DNA of 63,619 nt, filler included, from Octopus bimaculoides (taxonomy: Eukaryota), in assembly GCF_001194135.2 (NCBI RefSeq). It is 6 parts of 6 records of this genome, joined end to end, with 100 filler letters (N's around TTAATTAATTAA, not from the genome) between each part and the next. Parts side by side here need not be neighbours in the genome. Positions count along the whole stretch, not along the records: positions 38,010 to 52,675 come from NC_068989.1; 5 more parts are not named here. The stretch is one strand, 5' to 3'. The position numbers and the translations under genes were made by a program. The notes under the pieces were generated by a model, which was not told the origin of the DNA, ran no database searches, and worked only from the letters and a program-made list of their open reading frames with translations. Shown piece by piece: positions 38,950 to 52,236 of the stretch; the stretch's first letter is position 1; each line of letters starts with the position of its first letter.

Positions 38950-39245
38950 TTAGGTCTTCAAGTATGAAATTTGTAGAAAAGAAAAAAAGTTTGTTAATGT
39001 TTTATGAATACAAGGAATAATTTTATTCATCAAAGTATGCACCCATATTGTCAATACACTTTCGCCATTTCAGAGGTAGCTTGTCCAGCCTACAACTGTA
39101 AAAGCCTGGCAATCTAGAGTCAATAAAATCTTGGGAGGTCTGTTTTACAGCATTGTCAGAATTGAATTTTTTTCTATCAAAAAGTTATCCAAATTCTGGA
39201 AGAAGTGGTAGTTTATGCCTTGGAGGGTAACTTTCTAGGTGCAAT
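38950..39245 (-). mobile_element. Mariner (DD34D-type) transposase 3' remnant inserted in the R4-like LINE
   Basis: Decayed DYHFFQNLDNF...DNAVKQTFQDFIDSR.PGFYSCRLDKLPLKWRKCIDNMGAYFDE* followed by a TIR-like ATTAGGTCTTCAAG. Confidence 0.65.
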
Positions 39246-41158
39246 CTTATGGTCATTCATGACTGAAGGTGGTCTGTACCCTTTACCCTCTACGTTTCTC
39301 TATATTTATCCCAGGATTCTTTTGGATTGGGGGTAGCATTGTAAATTTCTTTAGTGGCTATATCATGTTTCAGAGGAAAGTAGTACCTTGATATTTTGGG
39401 GCAGCTGCTGATGCTGACCACATGTGTGATATCTTTCACAGAAATGTGGCAGAATCAACAATTTTGGTTGCAGCTTTGGGACTCCAAATGCTGCACTGTC
39501 TCTTTTGTTCATTAGATATTTGGTAGTGATCTCTTAAAAGTCCGAGAAAGACTGCACATCTTGTTGATATTAGTGTCAGCTTCAAAGCTTCAGAAAACAT
39601 ACCCTTGCCAAGTCTGTTTTTGGTATGTTGGTCATTTCACATTTAGATTTTTTTTTTTTGAGGTATGGTAGTGCAGCTGTTTTGGTATTGTCTTGAAGAA
39701 CTCACTGCCAAATAGGATTTTATTGCCTTTGCTTTTCCATACTTAGTTCATATATTTATTTTTGCTGCTGTTTTTAAGCAGTTGCTAACTGAGAGATACT
39801 ATACAACATCAAAACCTATCTGCAATGAACTCAAATTTTTACCTCCTTTGTCTCTTCTGAAAAAAAGCCTGTTTATATCATTGTTCCTGTGGAAGCTTCC
39901 AGTTGATGTGAGGATCATACAGGCGTCAATGATTTCATCTAACTTACCAGTAAAGAATCCCAAATGTTAGTATCAGCCCTGGTACTGTGAATGTATTGTA
40001 AGATATTGTCTTGTAAGAAGTTCTGATTGTTATAGTTTTTAAAGTCTAGTGTAATGTTCTGAAATCACTCTATTTTTGTTCACAGCATCTTTGCATGATA
40101 TGTGTTCATCAATGCCTAAGTATTTGTAGCATCCTTTATGTGTGGAACAGAAGAGATAGAGACACCATTGATGCACAAGTTCTAGACTTGGGGGACTGAT
40201 TTGTCATGTGCAGCAATTAGATAAGAACACTTCTCTTGGCCAAATCCATTCAAATATCAGCTGAAAATGTTGCTATTAACTTCAGCTGTTTTTAGTATTG
40301 TAAACATTTTTAGTATAGAACTTCAGGTCATCCACAAAGAAATTATGTTTTTTATTGGTACCTCTAGTAGTTGCAAACCCTAGTGTGTAGCCATTGGACT
40401 TTTGAAAAAAGAAAAATGAAAATAATAACTGATTTTATCCCCAAAATAAACAGAATTACAGGAAAGCTATTTCGTTGGAATATTCTCTTTGGAATATTTG
40501 TAAGATTGGAAACAATCATTCTGCTATCAATTGTGAGTGATGATTGTTGCCCAAGCCTTTGTGGACCCCTCAATGGCAGCATCTAAGGTAGCAGGTACTT
40601 TTACTAGGTGCAGAGGCTTCAGCAACCATGAAGATAAAATACATACCAGTTGAACACTGGGGTTGGTGTAACCTATCTAAATCATCATCATTATAGTTTG
40701 ACTCAGCAAATACATGATTCAGTTTAGAGACTGTTCTTCCATATAGAGTCAGTGTGTTCTTATTGTCAAGCCATACTATCACAAGGTTTCTGTGGTGTTT
40801 TCTTACTTTAGAGTTTTGTTTATCAATGTTTGTTTGACACGTCTCCCAAACCCCTTTCCATCAATCATTATGCCTGCTCATCAATCATTATACAATTAGT
40901 TTCACAATGATCCTGGATGAGTTGGTTGAGACAGCTTATTCTTTTATTCTTTTGTTTGTTTCAGTCATTTGACTGTGGCCATGCTGGAGCACAGCCTTTG
41001 TTATTCAGAGAAATCAACCCCAGGACTTATTCTTTGTAAGCCTGGTACTTATTCTATTGCCAAGCCACTAAGTTACAGGAATGTAAAGACACCATCATCG
41101 GTTGTCAAGCGATTGTAGTGGTGGTGGGGGAACACACACAGACACAAAGACATACATA

Positions 41159-42420
41159 CAGGGGTTGGGCAAAATAATAGAAACACCTTAAAATTTCAAA
41201 CAAATTTATTTTAATATGGGGTAGGACCGCTTTGGTAGTAATTACAGCTTGAATTCTATGAGGTATGGACTCGTACAAAGTTTGAATTGTTTCCAAAGGA
41301 ATTTTTGTCCATTCTTCAGCTAAAACTGTCTCCAGTTCTTGTAGTGATGATAGTGGAGGATATCGACTCCTTATTTGTTTTCTAAAATGCACCATAAATA
41401 TTTAATAATATTGAAATCTGGGGACTGTGGTGGCCAGATAAGGTGTTCAACTTCACTAGAATGTTCCTCGTGCCATTCAGTAACAATTTTAGCTGTATGA
41501 ATTGGTACATTATCATCCTGAAAGATTGCATTTCCCTCTGGAAACAGTTCCACAACCATAGGATGAATTTGACCTGATCAAATGCTGAAATAGTCTTGAC
41601 TATTAATTCTGCCATGAAGGGAAACCATTGGGTTGGCGGATTTCCAAGATATAGCCCCTCCAGATCATCACAGATCCCCCTCCATGTTTAACAGTTGGAA
41701 GAAGGCAGTCTGGGTCAAATACTTCTTTTGGCTGTCTCCACATGTATACTCGGCCAGTGGTTGGAAATAAGGTAAAGGATGACTTGTCTGAGAAAATAAC
41801 ATTCTTTCACTGCTCTAGGGACCAATTCTATAGGTTTTTACTCCACGCTAAATGCTTTGCAATGTTTGTTTTTGAAAGTAGTGATTTTCTCATTGTAGCC
41901 CTCCCCTGAGATCCAGCTTTGTGCAGCTCCCAACAAACAGTTTTTGTGAAAATTGGGTTCTCGAGGTGGTCATTAAACTCTGCAATAATTTTGGCAGCTG
42001 TACTTTTGTGATCCTTTCTAACAATTCGTGTAAGACTCCGATGGTCCCTATCTGAAAGTTTTGGTTTTCTTCCAGAGTTTTGTTTCGATGAGGAAGTTTT
42101 CAACCCCGAGATTGTCATTACTTTCGAGACAGTACTTCTTGATCCACCAAACGTTTCGGCTGTTTTCATTACGCTAGCACCTGCCATATGAGCACCAGCA
42201 ATTTGACCTCTTTGAAAGTCTGATAGATCTGTCATTTTAATGAATTTTAATTATCTTTTTCTGATGACATCTGAAAAGAAACAGCAATTTTAGCAAAACA
42301 TATTAAGCAACACTAATAATAAATCAAAAAACATAAAAACAAGCTTTTGACGGTTTTATAGATATTTCAAAATTATGATGCTATGATGCTAGGTGTTTCC
42401 ATTATTTTATCCAGCCCCTG
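41159..42420 (-). mobile_element. Full-length (1,262 bp) defective Tc1-like transposon inside SINE A (40945-41158 + 42421-42630)
   Basis: About 30-bp TIRs CAGGGGTTGGGCAAAATAATAGAAACACCT / AGGTGTTTCCATTATTTTATCCAGCCCCTG. Transposase pieces LSDFQRGQIAGA, GRKPKLS, FQDDNVPIH, WPPQSPDFNIIKYLW; broken by stops and frameshifts. Confidence 0.92.
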
Positions 42421-42442
42421 GTGTGTATGTGTATATATATAT

Positions 42443-42477
<35 letters not shown>

Positions 42478-42664
42478 CCAAGCTTCTTTCAGTTTCCATC
42501 TACTAAATCCACCCACAAGGCTTTTGTCAGCCCAAGGCTGTAGTAGAAGGCACTTGCCCAAGGTGTCATGCAGTGGGACTGAACCTGGAACCATGTGGTT
42601 GGGAAGCAAATTTCTTACCACATAGCCAGTTTGTGTAACGTTTATATATTGCAATATAATGATC

Positions 42665-42937
42665 CACCGAACGATTAAATGGTGTTATACATCACTGATC
42701 ACGATGTACTTTGCATTGTTTTAGCTTTCAAATGATGCCACCCTGCAGGTGAGATGAACAACCCAACGTTACCCCTGATCATAAGACTAGTTGGCTGCAG
42801 GGATATCCATTTATAGGTGAGTGGACTGGAACAGCGTGAAATGAAGTGTTTTGCCCAAGAACACAATATGCCACTCAATCCAGGAATCAAACCCATGATC
42901 TAGTGATTAGGAGTGCAACAACCTAACCACTAGGCAT
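42665..42937 (-). mobile_element. tRNA-headed CORE-like SINE (family G)
   Basis: Minus strand GCCTAGTGGTTAGG...GGTTTGATTCC (A/B boxes), then TTGGGCAAAACACTTCATTTCACGCTG. Confidence 0.55.
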
Positions 42938-43639
42938 AAAGCTTTTATATAACGTTTCGATAAGCATAGTTTTCTCCCAACTCAGTGGTTTTGTTCTTGG
43001 CCACAAAATTCATCTGTGTGATAGTAAACCAATTTGTTATGTCAATCTGGCCATCCATAATTCTTTGGAGTATTCATATTAATAGCATTCTGTAGAAGGC
43101 CAGCTTCTTGCATCAGTCTCCAACTATCAAATCCCTTCCAGGTGCCTTTCCATTGTGTACTTCTCCTACAGCTATGGCGAAAATCTCAGGGTTGATTGTA
43201 TATGTTTTACTGTTGATGTTGGTACAGAATTCCTTCCTAATTGTATTTAGCCATGATGCATTCTGATTGAAATCTCAATTTTCACTCCAGAACTTAGACC
43301 AGAATGATTCAAAATCTCCTCGAGAAAATAAATATATATATGTATGTGTGTGTATGTATTCGTGTATTTAAAATAATACATATATACATGTGTGTGTATT
43401 TGTATTAGTATATGTATGCATGTATGTGAGTGTGTTTGAATGTCTGTATGTGTATATGTGTGTGTGTATGTGTAGGGTTGAGTATATAATTTTGTGCGTG
43501 TATGTGTGTATTTATGTATGTATGTTTCAAATTTAAATGGTGAAACATCTGATTCTATCTAAATGTTTTGGCCAACAACCAAATTGTGACATTAGCTAGT
43601 TTTATGTTTTTTTGATAGATAATTATAACCTCTCTTTAG

Positions 43640-43714
<75 letters not shown>

Positions 43715-43989
43715 CACACACACACACACACACATACACATACATACATACACACACACACACATATAGTGTACTGTTTCATTATTGGTAAGAGCAACAA
43801 AATAAGTACTCAGTCCACTGAGAAATAAATATCTTTTAATAAATGTAGGACTTAAATGTGAGCTATGTAAGTTTCATACTCTGTTAGTACAATAACCAGA
43901 TGAGCCTGTATAGTGTGCTGGGTACTATCTTGCCATGTTTTAGATTAAAAAACTTAAAACAACGATCTGTTGGAAAGAAGTTTATGTGT

Positions 43990-46650
43990 CGTCTTTTTAT
44001 GACAAAAACTTCCTTTTGTAATGTGTGTTAATCTGCTTAAAAGAATTTTTACCTATTTTCAGTGACTATGAGATGTATGCATCTCCAAGTTCGGGAGCAG
44101 GAGGCAAAGTTGCCATCATGGTTTCGAAAAATCTGGATCTTACAATACAGATGATCTTCCTGGATCCAGAAAGTAAGTCAGTGGTCCTGGACATGACAGA
44201 TAGCGAAGGACATACTTTCGAGTTAGTTGCCATATGTGCCCTGACAGAGGCAGGACAACCAGATTTTTTCAGATGTCTGGAAACTTTCCTGGGAATGTCC
44301 CGCTCTTTAGTGTGTAGGAGATTGGAATGGAGTTTTAGATGTAAGGTAGGACTGTGTAGGTTTATCAGACAGGAGAGGAGAGTGCAAAAGTTTCACAAAC
44401 CTGCTCAGATAATTCCAACTGTTTGACAGGTATCGACTGGATTTCCTGGATGTGCTGGTGTGGACCTGGTCAAACCGCATTGGATCATCCAGATCATATA
44501 TAGATTGGGTATTCTGTAGAGTAGCAGATAAGGATAGCATAGGTTGTCCATGGTTTAAAATAGTTGACTACACAGACCACAAATTTGTGATCTGTACAAT
44601 CGACTTAGATAGGCTTTATAGACAGGGACTCAGTTACTGGAAGCTGAACACATTGTTGCCAGCGCATAAAGATTTCAGAGACCAGATTAGTGAACTAGTT
44701 AACAGGGCATTGACAGGGGCAATAATCAACAATAAATGGTGGTTTTCCCTGAGGAGGGTGATTAGAATAGAATCATTAAGGTTTAGCAAAGGACTAGCAG
44801 CAGAAAGAAACAGAGTAGAGACAGAACTAGTCACAAAGTTAGATGAGGCTTTTAGAAAGGGCTTCATGACTGACATGCTTACAGCGAGATTGGCACTCAA
44901 CCAATTCTTCAACACAAACCATTATGGTTGCATTGTCAGAGCTAAAGCACTGCACTTAGACATGAAGGGGTGAAAGCCATTCAATGGGCCTAAGTGGCAG
45001 AAGCACGGTGTGACAATAAATCCACGATCCAATCCTTGCCAGACCAAAATGGGCAAATGATAACTGATCCAAGACAGATGTGTGCGGCCTTTCAGCGGTG
45101 CTTCGCTAAACTGTTTGAAAGGAGCAGTCAGCTGTGTCACAGGGTGGATTTCATGTCCTACCTCAACAGGTTGCTGAGACTTTTGGCAACCGAAGTGGAG
45201 TGCTGCAAAAGGCTGATAACAGCCTTTGAAATATAGGAAACAATGGCTAGTTGCATGAGGAGTAAATCACTGGGTTTGGATGGTCTGCCCTACGCGCTTT
45301 ATGCTTACATGCTAGACTTGTTCAGTGACATCTTAGCAAACGTTTACTGCAACTGGCAACAGAACGGGAGAATTCCTAAGTTTGTGAGCTGAGGAGTGGT
45401 GGCGTTGCTGAGAAAAGACCTAAATGAGGGGGGATTGTATTGACAACTTTAGGCCCATAACTCTGCTGAATGTAGTGTTCAAAATTATGGCCAAGGTGTT
45501 AGCTACAAGGTTGGCACTTGTCATTGGGGATCTTGTAGAGGAAGCACAGACATGTGCCATCCTGAAAAGATTCATCCACAACAACCTCCACCTTATGCAA
45601 TGCATCATAGAGAAAGTAGCTGAAGAACCTGGCATGAGTGGGGCCCTAATCAATTTAGATCAGTTGTTGATAGGATCGACCATCTATACCTGGTGATGGT
45701 CCTAAGGCAGCTGGTTTTGGGCCTGTACTCAGAAGCTAGATCACTGCAATGCACAGCTACATCTGTTCAGTGGTCAGAGTGAACAGTCACCTCACAGAGT
45801 CATTCAACATCATATGCTTGGTTTGGTAAGATTCTCCCCTATCATCTCTTTTGTACGTACTGATGCTTAAACCACTACTACACAAACTGGAGGCGTTGAG
45901 AGGCATCCTGCATGACCTAGGATGTGGGAGATGCATGTCAGCATATGCCAACAACATCACCGTAGTGATTGGCACCACTCTCAAGGACTTTGAGGCAGTT
46001 TCAGGAGCAACAATTAACCAGGAAAAATCAGTGGGATTGTGGCTTGGCACCTGGAGAAGCAAGTCCATGCCATCCAACTGTGTCGTTGGGTGCTGGACAG
46101 ACGGACCGACTAAATTTCTTGGGGTCTGGTTCGATCCAGACCTCCAGATGGCCAAAAACTGGGATGAGATAACAAGCAAGGTGACTACTCTCACCCAGAA
46201 ATGGGCCAAGAGAAAGCTATCCCTGAAAGGTCGAGCTGAGGTGGCTAATGCATATATCATGACCTTCATCTACTATTGCTTGACCATCATGCCTTGTCCT
46301 AGCCACCGTCTGATTACACTGGAGCATATACTCTTCCTCTTCTTGTGGAAGGGACACATCCCAATGGTGAGGCAGTCTATCTGCAATCAGCACCCACTGT
46401 GTGGTGGTCTGGGCATGCCATGGTTGATGATGTGCAGACATGAGCTTGATGGTGAACATGTGTGGTTACTGTTCGCCAGTTATGTATTTCTGCAGCTAGT
46501 TTCTTTAATAGAGCTGTAGTCCTGGGTAAAACAGAGACCAAGGGGGAGCATTTAGAAAGTGGAATATCTTCAAGTACTTACAGCCCTCAGTCAATCAGAC
46601 AGTGTGATCAGTAGAACGTCCACTTTAGCTTTTTATAGAGTACTAGCAGA
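43990..46650 (+). pseudogene. Tx1/L1-clade LINE ORF2 remnant (APE endonuclease + RT), 5' part
   Basis: YIDWV..TDHK, YWKLN, GLDGLPY, NFRPITLLN..KIMAKVLATRL, LINLDQ, SAYANNI, KFLGVWF, LSLKGRAEVAN motifs, with many stops. Confidence 0.88.
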
Positions 46651-46879
46651 GGTACTTGGCATTGCCTGAGAATGAAATTATTCCTTATATATTGGAAGAA
46701 AAAAGCAAAATATGTTGTATAGTGATTTATTATTCTGAGTTCAATTCATTCTTCAATTGGGATACAATTTATTCGTCAATTGGGAAATCAATTCTGAATT
46801 CATAATACAAAAATAATAATGATAATAATAAAAAATGAAAATTTTGATCATATGCAGTGTTGTTCTGGAAGAAGTTTAG

Positions 46880-47812
46880 ATTCATGTTCATTCACAAATG
46901 CAGCCAAGTCTGTGATGTCATAATTTGTCTCTCTTGCTATGTCACTTGAAGTTAAATCACTAATTTAACAGTTTGTTTTTGGCAGTCCAGAGCCAGACTC
47001 TTGCAAATTTTTGCCTCCCATGGCCAAAACTTGATCCTCGATTTCAATCAGTGCTTGGTTAAAAATTGTTTCAGTGAACTGAATATTGATATCTGGGTTT
47101 GCCTGTTGAACTGCATGCTTTAAGTCCTCAGCTATGTCCTCACAATGTTTTATCCAAAGCTGTAGGGGACTGCCAAGTTGACACATGTTCAGTATAATTA
47201 CCAAAAGGTTATGGAGTTTCCTCGGAGAATCTGATACTAATGCTTCAGTCAAAACAAGGTCCCAATGCTCTTAATTTTCTAAAAAGCCTTGTTGATAGCA
47301 TGCTTCCCTATAAATTTCACACAAATGACCATTTACCCTCCTCGAATCTTGGAATGATTTGAGACCACTTCATGCAAAAGGAGCCATAAGTCACAGCATT
47401 CTGCCTGGCTTGTGGTGGGGGGAGGACACTGTAAACTCTTGCAAGAGCGTCAGCCCATTTCCTCTTGTGCCAGTTATTGTTTCTTCAGGTATCATACTTG
47501 GGTAATTGAAGGTAAAGGAGTTTTCTTGCATCTTCATCTACTTGACACAACTTAAAAAAGGCGGTAAGGGTTGTTTCCTTTGGAGAAAGTGCTTGTTGCA
47601 AGGCTGTTTGTTTTGTAAAGATAACCCTGTGGCCACTCTCTAGGTGGACACTCAGGTGAATGATGGCTGGGTGCCTCTCATGAATGGGAAAACTGAAGAT
47701 GCGCCAAAAAGCCTCATTGGTACTGATGTATCTTCCTGTCATACCGTGCATCCTCGTCATTGTTATTTATCAGCTGACTACCATTCTGCATAAGAGTGTA
47801 TGTTGCAGCATC
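46880..47812 (-). pseudogene. Helitron Rep/Helicase internal fragment
   Basis: GRYISTNEAFWRIFSFPIHERHPAIIHLSVHLESGHRVIF..TTLTAFFKLC..LLYLQLPKY and SPRKLHNLLVIIL..SPLQLW..EDL..NQALIEIED match the Helitron region between Rep and the Pif1 helicase. Confidence 0.88.
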
Positions 47813-47816
47813 TAAA

Positions 47817-48221
47817 CTTTTACTCTCTTTTACTTGTTTCAGTCATTTGACTGTGGTCATGCTGGAGCACCGCCTTTAGTCGAGCTAATCGACCCCAGGA
47901 CTTATTCTTTGTAAGCCTAGTACTTATTCTATCGGTCTCTTTTTGCCGAACCGCTAAGTTACGGGGACGTAAACACACCAGCATCGATTGTCAAGCGATG
48001 GTGGGGGGACAAACACAGACACACAAACACACATACATATATATATATACATATATACGACGGGCTTCTTTCAGTTTCTGTCTACCAAATCCACTCACAA
48101 GGCTTTGGTCGGCCCGAGGCTATAGTAGAAGACACTTGCCAAAGGTGCCACGCAGTGGGACTGAACCCGGAACCATGTGGTTGGTGAGCAAGCTACTTAC
48201 CACACAGCCACTCCTGCGCCT
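47817..48221 (-). mobile_element. Full-length SINE family A copy (very close to 18374-18805), adjoining the Helitron fragment
   Basis: The reverse complement aligns end to end with 18374-18805. Confidence 0.85.
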
Positions 48222-48801
48222 TTGTTTATATAGTTGCAAACATACTTAATAGAGTTAACAGAGTTGCAGAATTCAACATTGGTTGTGGCTATCTGTACTC
48301 ATCTTTGTTTCACTGTAGAATACTGATCATCTACATCTACTCTCTCTCCTCTTGTAGAGAGTGAGAACATTGTTCTCAGAACCTTTTTTGAAAGTTAAAA
48401 TAGAGATTAAATGAAAACATCATGAGTTAAATGAATATCTTCACAAGAGTGATTGAAATAAATGACAATTGTGGAATGCCCCACACATGCACGCACGCAT
48501 GCATGCATGCATGCACACACACACAGACACATCCATTTCATCTAATGTTTGATACTGCATGAGTGTGTGTGTGTAAAAGAGAGAGAGAAGGGGTGTGTTG
48601 TCATGTATACATACATACATAAATAAATATGCATACATCTTTTTGTATGTATGTGTGCGTGTGTGCATGTGAGAGCGAGCGGGTGAGTACCACTTAGACA
48701 TCACTCTCTCCCTCACAAATACACACACACACACATACACGCAAAAAGATGTAATCATATGTATTTATGTATGTACATATACATGACAACACACCCCTTG
48801 A

Positions 48802-48853
<52 letters not shown>

Positions 48854-49167
48854 GTCATAGACACACACACATACATAAATGTATTCAAACATACATACAA
48901 AAACATGCGTGCATGTGTGACTGACTTGTGTGTGTGTCAGAGAGATAGAGAGGAGGAGAGAGAACATTACAAACAATGAATGAAATAAACATGATATGAA
49001 AAAATCATATAAATGAAAGCTCGTTTTGCAAATAGCGAATTAAAACTTNNNNNNNNNNNNNNNNNNNNNNNNNNNNNNNNNNNNNNNNNNNNNNNNNNNN
49101 NNNNNNNNNNNNNNNNNNNNNNNNNNNNNNNNNNNNNNNNNNNNNNNNNNNNNNNNNNNNNNNNNNN

Positions 49168-49225
<58 letters not shown>

Positions 49226-49226
<1 letters not shown>

Positions 49227-49960
49227 GTCTATTTTATATAAGACAATTAGTGGAAAAGTGCAACAACATTCTTGAGGAGACCTTAGGCATCAAAAAAGAT
49301 CAGCTAGTTGCTTTTTTCTGGAGAACTTTCGGGCCGGAACCGATGGATAACTTCCAAAAGTCTCTGGCCTGGCAGTGCTACCTGAGAGCTTTACTTGTTT
49401 GAGATAACTTTACAGACACAGAAATGCCATCAGCTAAGCATGTCCGAGATGCACACAGGACAATAAGATGGTCCTGCATCCAGTGTCCAAGCATTGCTGA
49501 CCAGTGGGTTTATATTGAACACCTGCTGTCACATATGGGACAGATCTGACTGTCAACTGAATCCATCATGAAGATTTCCCCTCCGCCTTCCTTTAACTGG
49601 GAAGGAAAGGCTGTTTTTATATGCCTGGTGGCCATGGTGAAAGAGGTTGTGTGGAGGATGAGATTGAAGAGGCTGAAGACAAACACTTTTCTCCTTGNNN
49701 NNNNNNNAAAGAGGTTGTGTGGAGGATGAGATTGAAGAGGCTGAAGACAAACACTTTTCTCCTTGGCCAGTCCCTGATGAACTTCTTCAAGTTTCACTTG
49801 AAAAGGAAAATTAGGGTAGAGAGAGAAGTGTTGTCTTTTAGCCAGTTGCTGAAAGGTAGATGAAAGTGGCGAGAATGGTGCGAATGAACAGACATGCCCT
49901 GAGCATATGCTTGTAGTTGGAAAAAGCACAGAATAAAAGCATCTGCCCCAAAAATCAGGG
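49226..49960 (+). pseudogene. Tx1/L1-clade LINE ORF2 C-terminal remnant, probable continuation of 43990-46650
   Basis: FYIRQLVEKCNNILEETLG...FQKSLAWQCY...LVAMVKEVVWRMRLK...FFKFHLKRKIRVERE. It resumes where the 5' part stops (STLAFYRVLAE). Confidence 0.75.
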
Positions 49961-50221
49961 TACCCATGGTTTTTTATGGGTTTTTTCCATGAGCAGCCCT
50001 TGAACGTCTCTTTCCTATTGAGGATCACATATTGTTGATTTTTAAAATGTTGTTAGTCTTGTTTACGCACAAAAACCTCACAAACAACACACACTCACAC
50101 ACATACATATGCACATTCTTTGTGTTGTCATGCGCGATCCATAATGCTTTTCTTAATGTAAACCTTTGTGGTTAATAAAGAAATCATCATCATCGTCATC
50201 ATCATCATTATTATCATCATC

Positions 50222-50283
<62 letters not shown>

Positions 50284-50569
50284 CATTATTATTAAAAGCA
50301 CTCATGCCAGTGACACATAGAAGCACTCGTGCCAGTGACATGTAAAAGGCACCCACGACACTCTTGGAGTGGTTGGCATTAGGAAGGGCATCCAGCCATA
50401 GAAACCATTGCCAAATCAGACTGGAACCTGGTGCAGCTCTCTGGCTTACCAGTTCCAGTCAAACTGTCTAACCCATGCTAGCACAGGAAGTGGACACTAA
50501 ATGATGATGATGATGATGATGATAATGATTAGTTCATCTATTGTTGTTGATGATGACATAACATGGGAG

Positions 50570-50850
50570 CAGAAAACGAGGCACAGTGTGTCTTGTCTTC
50601 TTCTCCCATGATGCTTGCTCAGAAGGCTTTGCTGCAGGTCGGGAAATGTTGGTCTGTTGGGTCAGAAAGCAAAGAATTGGCTCTCAACTTGCATAGTTCA
50701 TGTTTTCTTTGTGCCCCTGCAATACTGCTCTGTTCTTGATAGGTGGCACCTCTGTTGATGCAGCTTTGACAGGCATGGTGGTCCTGCACTTGTGTTTCCC
50801 AGGTGTATAACCTTATATAGCCCTTCTTACTTGGTGAACTCTCTCTCAAT
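50570..50850 (-). pseudogene. RTE-clade LINE 3' remnant
   Basis: WETQVQD..QSCINRGATYQEQSSIAGAQRKHELCKLRANS...FPTCSKAF resembles the RTE/BovB ORF C-terminus with a terminal zinc knuckle. Confidence 0.7.
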
Positions 50851-51201
50851 TGAATTGATCTTTCAACTTCCTTTTTAACCTTAACTTCTTTACTCTGAGA
50901 TGAAAGGATAAAGTAGCTAACTATATATGCTACAATCCTTGTGGCAAATAAACTACATATTTTACCAACTTTAACTGATTTTTTTTCTAGAGCAGACTAT
51001 CACTAGTTTTTATTTTATTTCAATATTGTATTAATGGAGTGATATTATTTTATTACCAAATTTAGAATTTTTTATACAGAACCTGTGCTTAAAAATTTGG
51101 AAGCTTAACGAACCAGTTCTTAAAATGTTGGCAGGCAAGTGAACAGATTGTTACAATTTTGGCAGCCCACCATTGGCTGTATGTGTATGTGGGTGTGTGT
51201 G

Positions 51202-51248
<47 letters not shown>

Positions 51249-52060
51249 ACGCGCGCACGTTTACATATANNNNNNNNNNGCTGATACATATATATGTATA
51301 TTGACAGATAGATAGATAGATAGATGTAATTACACATAACAAAAGTCTGTTGGTTTTAACATGTATCTACTCTCAAATGGAAAATACTCAATGCACAATG
51401 TAAGTAGAGTTAAATGTCTTTTTATTTTATAAAATCAGCATTTATGAAATGATTATGTTGTTTCAACATTGCACCTTGGAATGCTGAGTTTGACTGAAAC
51501 AAAGATGAAATATACATACATGCATATATATATATATATATATATATATANNNNNNNNNNNNNNNNNNNNNNNNNNNNNNNNNNNNNNNNNNNNNNNNNN
51601 NNNNNNNNNNNNNNNNNNNNNNNNNNNNNNNNNNNNNNNNNNNNNNNNNNNNNNNNNNNNNNNNNNNNNNNNNNNNNNNNNNNNNNNNNNNNNNNNNNNN
51701 NNNNNNNNNNNNNNNNNNNNNNNNNNNNNNNNNNNNNNNNNNNNNNNNNNNNNNNNNNNNNNNNNNNNNNNNNNNNNNNNNNNNNNNNNNNNNNNNNNNN
51801 NNNNNNNNNNNNNNNNNNNNNNNNNNNNNNNNNNNNNNNNNNNNNNNNNNNNNNNNNNNNNNNNNNNNNNNNNNNNNNNNNNNNNNNNNNNNNNNNNNNN
51901 NNNNNNNNNNNNNNNNNNNNNNNNNNNNNNNNNNNNNNNNNNNNNNNNNNNNNNNNNNNNNNNNNNNNNNNNNNNNNNNNNNNNNNNNNNNNNNNNNNNN
52001 NNNNNNNNNNNNNNNNNNNNNNNNNNNNNNNNNNNNNNNNNNTATATATATATATATATA

Positions 52061-52236
52061 GTTGAAATTTACAGAAAAACAAAAGACGAAGACAGGTGTA
52101 TAAACAACAAGCAGGTGTATTAGTTTGACGCTCGGGAAGGTGAGAAAGTCTTTTACATTTTGAGCCTATGCTCTTCAGCAGAAAGGAACGGGAGGAAATA
52201 AACAGAGAAAATAAAAAACTTTTGGAGTTAGTGATC
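52061..52236 (-). mobile_element. HHR-C-bearing dispersed element, copy 2 (core decayed)
   Basis: Reverse complement CCTTTCTGCTGAAGAGCATAGGCTCAAAATGTAAAAGACTTTCTCAC...GTCTTCGTCTTTTG aligns with 24486-24592. Confidence 0.55.

Larger units (their letters stand above)
38590..43325 (-). mobile_element. R4/Dong-like (restriction-like endonuclease) LINE remnant, interrupted by a mariner fragment, SINE A+Tc1 and SINE G
   Basis: Ordered decayed motifs: KFWS..NASWL..NGKAPGRD (43000-43325); KGVW..KVRKHHRNLVIVWLD (40750-40900); RIFQRNS / FLVDDLKFY (40250-40500); CCHH-like HVVSISSCPKISRYYFPLKHD (39350-39440); REL C-terminus SLNKLGFSEKEMK..IQSVSGTIKIYKTF (38690-38810). Confidence 0.65.

Noticed and set aside
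49648-49768. Direct repeat of about 58 bp around a 10-N gap
   Set aside because: Typical unmerged contig overlap (assembly artefact) inside the Tx1 remnant.
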